From Planctomycetota bacterium (GTDB lineage: Bacteria; Planctomycetota; GCA-002687715; DRQF01): DNA of 30,727 nt. Positions 1 through 7,801 of the stretch are shown here, in pieces. The DNA lies in the NCBI GenBank assembly GCA_027001995.1, contig JALTLO010000088.1, positions 79,367 through 110,093 on the forward strand. The letters are read 5' to 3'. The position numbers and the translations under genes are program-made. The notes below the pieces were generated by a model, which saw nothing but the letters and a program-made list of their open reading frames with translations, had not been told where the DNA came from and made no database searches. The first letter of the stretch is position 1. Each line of letters begins with the position of its first letter.

Positions 1-912
1 CGAGAAGATGCCAATCCCCGGGAAGAAGAGTGAGAAGTTTTTTACTGTGGCGACGTGGGCTTCCTTAAGTTCTTCGTTCCAATCTTCGAACCGTTTCTTC
101 ACCCGATCTTCCGTGCGAAAAATCTGAATCACGCGGATGCCGGTGACGCATTCGTTGATGAAGCTGTTGAGCCTCGTGACCCGTGATCGTACCCGACGGA
201 ACAGTTGTTGAGCTTCGCGCTTGAAGTAGAAACTCCATGCCGAGATGAATGGCACCAAAGCCAAGCTCAAAAGAGCAAGCTTGACATTGATGGCAAAAAG
301 GACCGTGAGGGTGACCCCGATCATGACCAAGTCGTAGAAGAGGACATCGATCCCTGAAGTGAATAGTTCAGCCAAGGCTTCGATGTCACTGGTCACCCGC
401 GTCACCAGTTTGCCCACGGGATTGGTGTCAAAGAACCTGAGATTCCGTTTTTGTAGATGACGGAAGACGTGGTTACGGAGATCAAAAATGATGTTCTGGC
501 CAGTCTTGTTGGCAATGTGGATCTGTCCGTAGCGCAGGCCGAAAGTGAGTAATCCAATGCCTGCGCCCAAGAGAGCAAGGACTCCCAAAGCATGAATGCG
601 TTGGTCAGGGTCGTGAGTGGCGCTTGTATCCAAACCCGTTATCTGCGACAGAAGCTCACCAATGGCGTCTAAGAAGTTATAGCTTGCAAGTTCTCGTCCT
701 CCTCCCCCGAAGGTGTGATCGATGGCCCAGCGGATGACCAAGGGAGTGGCCATTGTGGTCAAGGACAGGAACACGAGGAGCACAACGCTGGCCAGAAGAT
801 ACTTGATGTAGGGTCGGGCGAATGGGGCGAACCTGCGATACATGGCCCAGTCGAGGATCTTGCCGGTGGTGGCGTCTTCGTGGACGCTCACCTGGGGTTT
901 CTTCGAACTCAT
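1..912 (-). CDS. ABC exporter permease/ATP-binding subunit (MdlB/YheH-like half of a heterodimer), 3' part outside the window
   Basis: Not in the ORF track; translated by hand. The ATG at 912 overlaps the upstream TGA (ATGA) and the frame stays open to base 1: MSSKKPQVSVHEDATTGKILDW...GQNIIFDLRNHVFRHLQKRNLRFFDTNPVGKLVTRVTSDIEALAELF...RLNSFINECVTGIRVIQIF. This is a typical ABC transmembrane domain. Confidence 0.93.
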   Translation of the reverse strand, partial: MSSKKPQVSVHEDATTGKILDWAMYRRFAPFARPYIKYLLASVVLLVFLSLTTMATPLVIRWAIDHTFGGGGRELASYNFLDAIGELLSQITGLDTSATHDPDQRIHALGVLALLGAGIGLLTFGLRYGQIHIANKTGQNIIFDLRNHVFRHLQKRNLRFFDTNPVGKLVTRVTSDIEALAELFTSGIDVLFYDLVMIGVTLTVLFAINVKLALLSLALVPFISAWSFYFKREAQQLFRRVRSRVTRLNSFINECVTGIRVIQIFRTEDRVKKRFEDWNEELKEAHVATVKNFSLFFPGIGIFS

Positions 913-2657
913 GCGGCGTCGATCTCCTCTTTGAGAAGTTGACGTCTGAGGGTGTTGGCGTACCAACCATCTTGGGCCAAGAGGCTGGCATGATCGCCTT
1001 CTTCGAAGATGGCTCCGTCTTTGAGCACGATGATGTGGTCGCAGAACATGATGGAACTCATGCGGTGGGCGACGATGATCATTGTTTGTTCTTTGTTACG
1101 CCGCAAATGGTCGAGGATTTTCTCTTCTGTATTGGTGTCCACCGCCGAAAGGCAATCATCGAGGATGAGAGTTGCTGCCGGGTGAATCAATGCTCTGGCG
1201 ATGGCTACTCTTTGCTTTTGTCCGCCGGAAAGAGTCAGGCCACGTTCACCAATGAGTTGGTCGAAACCGTTGGCAAAGGACTCGATTGATTGCCGTACTT
1301 GTGCCGCTTCCGCAGCATTGCGGACGGCCTCTTCGTTGTCCTCATTGGGGTCCAGAGCAAAGGCGATGTTAGCTGAAAGTGTGTCTGAAAACAGGAATGT
1401 CTCTTGGGGGACCATGGCGATCGATCGTCTCAGATCGTTCAATTTTAGGTTGCGTGTGTCGATGCCATCTTGAAAGATTGTGCCTTCCGGTGGGTCCAGT
1501 AGGCGCCCGAAAAGTTGGGCTATTGTTGACTTGCCGCAACCCGTAGGACCAACGATGGCCAAAGATGAGCCAGCCTCAACTCGAAAAGAAATATCTCCTA
1601 AGACATCTTCATCGCTGCCGTCATGGCGATAGGTCAAGGACTTAAACTCCCAAGTACCACAGAGTTGAGTGTTCTCATGGGGACCATCCTCGATTTCTGG
1701 TTGCTCCTGAAGAAGGGTATCTAAGCGCTCCATGGCTACGTCGGCTCTTTCGAAGAGAGCCAATGTCCATCCCATGGCGATCATGGGCCAAACCAACATG
1801 CTGAAATAGCCAAAGAATGCGATGAAGTGGTCAAGAGCGAATGTACCTTGAATGACTCCGCGTCCGCCAAAGTAAAGCAAAGCGACGGCCACGAATCCAG
1901 AAATCAACTCGATGAGCACGTGCATGCGACCTCGAGTCATCGCCATCTCCATGGCGTCATCGATGTACTGGGAAGCCTCGTTCTCAAAGCGTTGCACTTC
2001 ATAATCTTCGCGAGCGAAAGCCTTCACCACGCGGCTGCCAGAGAAACTTTCTTGAGACAAAGATGAGAGTGCTGCGAGTTGTTTTTGGACTCGCAAAGAG
2101 GCTTGGTGCAGTTTGGGCATGACACTGCGAATCATCAAGAACATGACACCCATGGGAACCAAGGTTGCCAAAGTGAGTTTCCAGTTTGAGATCATCATGA
2201 AGATGATGGCACCGATGGCCATAGAGCCTGTTTGAAACATGTGCATGACCCCCGGGCCAACTCCCATGCGCACGGCTTCTACATCAGCCGTTAGCCGTGA
2301 CATGATGTCGCCGGTTCGGGCTCGGTTGAAGAAAGAAAAAGAGAGGGTGGAGAGATGAGCGAAAACACGATTTCTCAAACGTTCCTCAAAGGAACGACTG
2401 GAGCGAATGAACAACCAACGCATCCAAAATTGAGAAAACGCCGTGCCGATGGCGTAGAGAATCATCAACACCACGTATTGCTGAATGACAGCGTTGGGCG
2501 CACCCTCCTGGACGCCAGCGATTGTCTTGCCCACATAATAGGGCAGGGCTAAGGCAAGCAGTCCCCTTAGGACCATAAACACCAATGCCATCCGGGCTCG
2601 GGCCTTTTCTGGGGCCCAAAGCTCTTTGACGATCGGATTTCTCAGAATTCGGAACAA
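909..2657 (-). CDS. ABC exporter fused permease/ATPase (MdlA/YheI-like), 582 aa
   Basis: N-terminal transmembrane domain, Walker A GPTGCGKST, Q-loop VPQETFLF, signature LSGGQKQR, Walker B LILDDCLSAVD (Asp at the catalytic Glu position), H-switch IVAHR. TTG start. Confidence 0.95.
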   Translation of the reverse strand: MFRILRNPIVKELWAPEKARARMALVFMVLRGLLALALPYYVGKTIAGVQEGAPNAVIQQYVVLMILYAIGTAFSQFWMRWLFIRSSRSFEERLRNRVFAHLSTLSFSFFNRARTGDIMSRLTADVEAVRMGVGPGVMHMFQTGSMAIGAIIFMMISNWKLTLATLVPMGVMFLMIRSVMPKLHQASLRVQKQLAALSSLSQESFSGSRVVKAFAREDYEVQRFENEASQYIDDAMEMAMTRGRMHVLIELISGFVAVALLYFGGRGVIQGTFALDHFIAFFGYFSMLVWPMIAMGWTLALFERADVAMERLDTLLQEQPEIEDGPHENTQLCGTWEFKSLTYRHDGSDEDVLGDISFRVEAGSSLAIVGPTGCGKSTIAQLFGRLLDPPEGTIFQDGIDTRNLKLNDLRRSIAMVPQETFLFSDTLSANIAFALDPNEDNEEAVRNAAEAAQVRQSIESFANGFDQLIGERGLTLSGGQKQRVAIARALIHPAATLILDDCLSAVDTNTEEKILDHLRRNKEQTMIIVAHRMSSIMFCDHIIVLKDGAIFEEGDHASLLAQDGWYANTLRRQLLKEEIDAA

Positions 2658-2897
2658 ATGCCCACTCCTGACCAGATTTCATGATTGAGGCGGGATGGGA
2701 CTTTACCCACCGAGTTAACGACTTATTGCCATGTGCTGAGAGCTTTGAGGCAGTTTGAGTGGTTCATGCAGCAAAGTCTCAGGCCGGGAATCGTAGCCCC
2801 CAGTGGGGAGTGAATCAAGAAGCTTGGGAAGACGACCGATAGGGTAATCAGTGCCCCTATTTCGGAATCCTTCGCGCTTCCCACACAAGGACGAAAC

Positions 2898-3746
2898 ATG
2901 TCTCGATATCTCATAGTACTCCTGAGTTTGATCCTGATTGCACCATTTGGATTTGGACAGGACAAAAAGGCTGACTCAAGTGTGAAAATGGAAGGTCCTT
3001 CCGGTTTCGTGAAAGTCGAAATCATTTTGGACAACGAAGCCGTCTTTCAGGGTTTGGTTGACAAAGACCGCATGGTGGAAGTTGTTAAGCGCCATCGTTA
3101 CGTGCGACTCAAGTCTCACCAGCGCAAGAGATTCGGGGCTGGCGTTCGGCTGTGGTACTACGATGGCCTAGCCGGATTCTTGTTTTTCCCCTATCGTCAT
3201 ATCGCCGAAGTGAAAATGGGTAAAGAACTCAGCATGCGCCAACTGGCCTTGGTTGAATCTAAGGCTTCGGAGTTGCGAGCGAAGCGCGAGCAAGCAGCCG
3301 CTGAAAGAGCCAAAGCTAAAATGGTGGTGGCGGCTAAGAAAGCAAATGCCAGTCCATTGGATGATGCATCTCAAGCTCTTCTTGATCGTTGGTCTCCCCA
3401 GAAAGGGTGGACCGAGGAAAAGTTTGGCGACATGCAAAAGCGTGCCATCACCGAAGGCTACGAGTTTTCCACCGAGGAAGCTGCCTGGGCGAAAATCTAT
3501 CCAGATTGGTTGAAGGCCCTCAGGCTTAAGCAAGCTCCAGCCAAGGTCGCTGAAGTGGCACCTAAGAAACCCGCTCCCAAGACCGCCAAGTTGGTCACCA
3601 AGAAAAAGCCCAATAATTCCAAGCCAGCCACTTCCAAAGCGCGCACGGTCACTGCGGACAAGAATGGCCGCATTCACGTCAAGATCAACCGACCCAAGAA
3701 GCGGCCCCAAGGAAAGACCTCCGGAGCTGCTCGGGGCATCCGTTAA
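2898..3746 (+). CDS. Hypothetical exported protein with Lys/Pro/Ala-rich basic C-terminus, 282 aa
   Basis: SD-like caagga before the ATG, signal-peptide-like N-terminus MSRYLIVLLSLILIAPFGFG, and the ORF fills the gap between flanking genes. No family recognised. Confidence 0.8.
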   Translation: MSRYLIVLLSLILIAPFGFGQDKKADSSVKMEGPSGFVKVEIILDNEAVFQGLVDKDRMVEVVKRHRYVRLKSHQRKRFGAGVRLWYYDGLAGFLFFPYRHIAEVKMGKELSMRQLALVESKASELRAKREQAAAERAKAKMVVAAKKANASPLDDASQALLDRWSPQKGWTEEKFGDMQKRAITEGYEFSTEEAAWAKIYPDWLKALRLKQAPAKVAEVAPKKPAPKTAKLVTKKKPNNSKPATSKARTVTADKNGRIHVKINRPKKRPQGKTSGAARGIR

Positions 3747-3774
3747 TTCCACCCTCCGGTTGGGGAATATGGGG

Positions 3775-3803
3775 CTGTCAAGTCTCACCTGACCTCGTAT
3801 AGT
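3775..3803 (+). promoter_or_regulatory. Putative sigma70-type promoter of lpxK, probably giving a leaderless mRNA
   Basis: CTGTCA (3775-3780), 17 nt, TATAGT (3798-3803), 5 nt, then ATG at 3809. No SD sequence. Confidence 0.5.
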
Positions 3804-3808
3804 CGGGC

Positions 3809-4840
3809 ATGAGCAAAGCACCTTGGGAGTTTCCGCTTTGGGGCCCTATGATGTCGCCATTGGGCGCTGTCTATGGTGCTGCCATGGCGTATCGTCGGAA
3901 GCGCTACGAGACAGGGCAAAAGGCGCAGCACAAATTCTCAATCCCGGTGATTAGTGTTGGCAATTTGACCGTTGGGGGTGTTGGCAAAACACCTTTGGTG
4001 GCCAAGATCTTGTCTATGCTCCCCTGTGGCGTGAAGGCTTGCGTTCTTTCTCGGGGTTATGGTGCCCAAGTGGAAGTATCGGGCTTGAACGATGAAGGGC
4101 ACATGCTGAGCCAACGATTTCCTGACACTTTGTTCCTTCAAGGGAAAGACCGAGTGGCGGCTGCTCGGGGCAAAGTCGAAGATGTTGATGTCATCATCCT
4201 CGATGATGGAGCTCAGCACTTAGCGATTCATCGCGACTTAGAAATCCTTGTTTTCGATGGGGGAGATTTGGATAGGCCGCGCTTTGTCTTACCGGCCGGG
4301 CCTTGGCGGGAGACTTTGACCGCTGCTCAATCAGCTAATCTCTTGTTTTTGACGCGTTGTGATGAAGTGGATGAGGCTGCTCTTCAGCGGAGTGAACAGG
4401 TTCTCCGTGGCCGTTTCCCCACGATTCCAGTTTTCTTGGCTCGGCACCAGACGGTGGGCTTTAAGGATGCAGATGGGAGTGTCTTGGACTTGGGGGAGTT
4501 GAGCGGGCGGCGGGTCTTAGCTGTGTCCGGTATTGGCAAACCCAAGTCATTCTTACGCAGCTTGGAGAGTGCTGGTGCCGATGTAGTGGGACGTTTGGAC
4601 TTTGAGGACCACGCGTCTTTTGGATCCATCGAAGGGCAGAGGGTGACTTCGATTTTTCGCGACCTGAATGCAGAGTTGATCGTCACAACGGAAAAAGACG
4701 TGGCCAAGATAGTTCCGGTTGTAGGCTCACAGGAACGCTCTCATCTACGGGTGCTGCAGATTGAACTCGACATAGGAGAAGGGGAGCAGGCTTTGGCTCA
4801 TGCCATGGACACTCTCGGGTTGGGGATGGATTCAACATAG
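3809..4840 (+). CDS. lpxK: Tetraacyldisaccharide 4'-kinase
   Basis: Motifs PVISVGNLTVGGVGKTP, LSRGYG, ILDDGAQH, LPAGPWRE, SGIGKP, FEDH, VTTEKD. Confidence 0.97.
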   Translation: MSKAPWEFPLWGPMMSPLGAVYGAAMAYRRKRYETGQKAQHKFSIPVISVGNLTVGGVGKTPLVAKILSMLPCGVKACVLSRGYGAQVEVSGLNDEGHMLSQRFPDTLFLQGKDRVAAARGKVEDVDVIILDDGAQHLAIHRDLEILVFDGGDLDRPRFVLPAGPWRETLTAAQSANLLFLTRCDEVDEAALQRSEQVLRGRFPTIPVFLARHQTVGFKDADGSVLDLGELSGRRVLAVSGIGKPKSFLRSLESAGADVVGRLDFEDHASFGSIEGQRVTSIFRDLNAELIVTTEKDVAKIVPVVGSQERSHLRVLQIELDIGEGEQALAHAMDTLGLGMDST

Positions 4841-4894
4841 TCGAAAAAATGTTAACCTCAGGACAGAACGATAGTGTCGGGTTGAGCGAGGGAT

Positions 4895-5893
4895 TTGGCT
4901 TTGTCACCAAGCGGAAAGAGAATCGCTGAGATCGTGGGAGCTTTTGCAGGGGCTAAGGTCGCTGTGGTGGGCGATTTCATGGCTGATGTCTATCTTCATG
5001 CGGCTCCTGCTCGTTTGAGTCGGGAGGCCCCGGTGATGGTGGCAAATTGGGAAGGGGAAACAGTCATTCCCGGCGGGGCTGCCAATGCGGTCCATAACTT
5101 GGTGGCATTGGGGGCCTTGGTTTATCCCGTTGGCATCGTCGGGGAAGACTCCGCAGGCATCATGTTAGGCGAGTTTTTTCAAGAATCTTGCCACAACACA
5201 TCTGGCATTATTGAGCAAAACGAAGTGGCAACGGTCTCGAAGATGCGGGTGATGGTGGGGGAAGAGGGCCGCAGTAAGCAACAAGTCTTGCGAATCGATA
5301 AAGAACCAGCGCAGCAACCGAGTGAGAAACTGGGGCAGGACGTCTTCCATCGCCTCATGACCATTTTGCCCGATGTCGATGCGGTCTTGTTCTCCGATTA
5401 TGGCTACGGCTTAGTCAAAGGGACGTGGCCTCGGGTTTTGCGTGCAGAGAATCCTCAGGTGATTCTCACTGCTGATTCCCGCTATGCCCTGGGGGATTTT
5501 GTCGGTGTGGATTTGGTCACACCGAATCACAGTGAAGCCGAGGCTCTTTTGGGGAGTCCCGTGTTGACCGACGAGGAAACGAAAGTGGCAGCTCATACTT
5601 TGCGTGAGCGCTTAGGTGCCAAGGCTGTACTGATTACCCGCGGTAACCGGGGGATGCTGCTTCATGATGGCGAGGGCGATTTTTTGGTGGCGGTCAGTGG
5701 GGCTGAGGATGAAGTCACGGATGTAAGTGGAGCTGGAGACACGGTGATCAGTGTGGCGACTTTGTCTTTGGTGGCCGGGTCGAATGCTCTGGAAGCGGCT
5801 CATCTGGCCAATGATGCCGCTGGCGTGGTGGTGACAAAACCGGGGGCTGCCACAGTTTCACCTGAAGAACTCTTGGGCCGAGCTCTCAGCTAG
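4895..5893 (+). CDS. rfaE1: D-glycero-beta-D-manno-heptose-7-phosphate kinase (RfaE domain I / HldA, PfkB family)
   Basis: Motifs VVGDFMAD, RLSREAPV, PGGAANAVHN, QQVLRID, SDYGYG, TPNHSE, TRGNRGM, DVSGAGDT. TTG start is uncertain. Confidence 0.92.
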   Translation: MALSPSGKRIAEIVGAFAGAKVAVVGDFMADVYLHAAPARLSREAPVMVANWEGETVIPGGAANAVHNLVALGALVYPVGIVGEDSAGIMLGEFFQESCHNTSGIIEQNEVATVSKMRVMVGEEGRSKQQVLRIDKEPAQQPSEKLGQDVFHRLMTILPDVDAVLFSDYGYGLVKGTWPRVLRAENPQVILTADSRYALGDFVGVDLVTPNHSEAEALLGSPVLTDEETKVAAHTLRERLGAKAVLITRGNRGMLLHDGEGDFLVAVSGAEDEVTDVSGAGDTVISVATLSLVAGSNALEAAHLANDAAGVVVTKPGAATVSPEELLGRALS

Positions 5894-6036
5894 GGCAGCC
5901 CCTATCCCCCGAGCTTGTTGTCGATTCGTCATCGAATTCACTCAAAGTCAATAAGAATTGCTCTGGCAACACTTTAGCCCTTGTAAGTCGTCCCTGTTTC
6001 CAGTTTTATAGAGCCACAAACACTTTGGGGAATAGC

Positions 6037-6555
6037 ATGGCCAGGAATAAGAAAACAGCCGGACCTGACTTGGGGGCTGTGATCCTCGAGAGCGCCGAGG
6101 AATTGAAAGACATCGTCTTCTGCTTGCAAGCCGAGAACAAGACTGTGGTGATGACCAACGGCACCTTCGATATCTTGCACGTAGGGCATATTCGCTGCAT
6201 CAAAGACGCTCGCAGCCGTGGAGACTATTTGATCGTAGCAGTGAATTCCGACGCTTCTGTGAAGAAGTATAAGAATCCCAAGTTGCCCATCATCAAAGAA
6301 GAAGAGCGTTTGGAAATGCTCTCTGCACTTCGTTGGGTTGACTACGTCATTCTCTTTGACGAGGCGACTTGCGACGCTCTGATTGATCAGATTCGTCCCA
6401 ATATCATTGCTAAAGGTGCGGACTACACCCCCGAAACTGTCCCAGAAAGAGAAACTGTTGTGGCTTATGGCGGCGACATCGCCATTTGTGGTGACCCGAA
6501 GGACCACGCCAGCAGCAAAATCATCCAACGGATTCGGCGCATTAAGTTCTCCTAA
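6037..6555 (+). CDS. rfaE2: D-glycero-beta-D-manno-heptose-1-phosphate adenylyltransferase (RfaE domain II / HldC)
   Basis: Motifs TNGTFDILHVGH, VAVNSDASV, KGADY. ATG 6037 preferred over TTG 6025. The stop overlaps the waaF start (TAATG). Confidence 0.93.
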   Translation: MARNKKTAGPDLGAVILESAEELKDIVFCLQAENKTVVMTNGTFDILHVGHIRCIKDARSRGDYLIVAVNSDASVKKYKNPKLPIIKEEERLEMLSALRWVDYVILFDEATCDALIDQIRPNIIAKGADYTPETVPERETVVAYGGDIAICGDPKDHASSKIIQRIRRIKFS

Positions 6556-7583
6556 TGGCCAAGAAGATCTTCGTGCGGGGGCCCAACTGGATCGGCGATG
6601 TGGTGATGGCCACGCCGGTTCTGAGGTCTTTGCGACGGCAATTTCCGCAGGCTCAAATTCACTTGGGCCTGCGCCCTTATGCCGTCCCTATCATCGAGGG
6701 CTTTTCTGAGGTCGATCACATCCACTCCTTACCTTCTGGTGGAGTGAAGGGCGTTCTTCAAACGGCCAAGATACTCCGGGCTTTTGATTTTGATCTGGCC
6801 ATACTCCTGACCAATTCCTTTGGTTCTGCTCTTGAGGCTCGCCTAGGGGGAATCAAACGGCGCAGAGGGTATGTCGGAGATGGGCGTTCGCTCCTTTTGA
6901 CTGAGCCTCAGAAACCACTTTTGGACGGTAAGAAACGTCTCCCCATGCCCATGGCTCAATTCTATTTTCGGCTGATCGAAGGTTTGGGCTGTAAAATGGA
7001 GGCTGGAGAATCTGTTTACACCTTGCCCGTTCTTCAAGGCGACAAAGATTGGGTCGCAGATTGGTGGAGCCGTCATGGAGGCTTGCCGTCAGGTCCCCTC
7101 ATCGGCCTTAATCCCGGTGCCAAGTTTGGAGCCAGCAAGCTTTGGCCCAGCCATCGGTTCGCTGAGGCTGGGGATCGGATGGTCGAAGAATGGGGCGGGA
7201 CCCTGGTGCTTCTGGGTGGTCCAGGTGAAGAGGAACTCCTCGCCGAAATTGCCGCACTGATGAAGAACCCGTGCATCAATAGCCTTGATGAATTGATTCC
7301 ACTGGCACCATTGCGGGCTATGATTCAGAGTTTGGCTTGCCTGCTGACCACGGATACCGGCCCTCGAGCCATCGCCCAGGCTCTGGGGGTGCCGTCCGTG
7401 GTTCTCATGGGCCCCACCCACCCTGGGTGGACAGATCTCAACAACGAAAAGTCAGTGATTGTTCGACACGATGTGCCCTGTGGCCCCTGCCACAAGAAAA
7501 TCTGCGATTTAGACCACCGTTGCATGACCGAGATCGAAGTGGACGAAGTTGTGGTAGCCGTCCGCACCGTTATGGCCCAGTAG
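6555..7583 (+). CDS. waaF: Lipopolysaccharide heptosyltransferase II (GT9)
   Basis: Motifs RGPNWIGDVVMATP, LLTNSFGSA, LNPGAKFGASKLWP, TDTGP, GPT, and C-terminal CGPC...C...C. Confidence 0.93.
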   Translation: MAKKIFVRGPNWIGDVVMATPVLRSLRRQFPQAQIHLGLRPYAVPIIEGFSEVDHIHSLPSGGVKGVLQTAKILRAFDFDLAILLTNSFGSALEARLGGIKRRRGYVGDGRSLLLTEPQKPLLDGKKRLPMPMAQFYFRLIEGLGCKMEAGESVYTLPVLQGDKDWVADWWSRHGGLPSGPLIGLNPGAKFGASKLWPSHRFAEAGDRMVEEWGGTLVLLGGPGEEELLAEIAALMKNPCINSLDELIPLAPLRAMIQSLACLLTTDTGPRAIAQALGVPSVVLMGPTHPGWTDLNNEKSVIVRHDVPCGPCHKKICDLDHRCMTEIEVDEVVVAVRTVMAQ

Positions 7584-7801
7584 ATCTCCTTTAACTATTT
7601 ACTGTGTAAGTACTTGTGGTCAAATGTCATGCATGGGTGAGAGGTTTCTGCAATTTCAGGCAAATTCCTCCATTTTCTATGTGTCATTCGGTCATTCCCC
7701 CACGTCCTTTGAGCGGAAATCGCGCACTCTAGTTTGTTCTTGCACTTGATGGTGCGAAATCACACTATGGTAGAGCGAGTATTGGGAATGAGGAGGCCTT
7801 C

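Noticed and set aside
1..912. Apparent gap or pseudogene at the left edge, where the track shows only short ORFs
   Set aside because: Manual translation shows an uninterrupted ABC transporter frame from 912 to 1. It is absent from the track only because its stop lies outside the window.
1140..1172. Asp in place of the catalytic Glu in the ABC Walker B as a sign of inactivation
   Set aside because: A degenerate site is the normal state for one subunit of heterodimeric exporters.
4895..6555. Split hldE as a frameshifted gene
   Set aside because: Separate kinase and adenylyltransferase genes are common, and both ORFs are complete with a 143 nt spacer.
7741..7756. TGCAC-TTGATG-GTGCG as an NtrC-type binding site upstream of the FHA activator
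   Set aside because: The spacer is 6 rather than 7 nt and one half is imperfect; too weak without comparative data.
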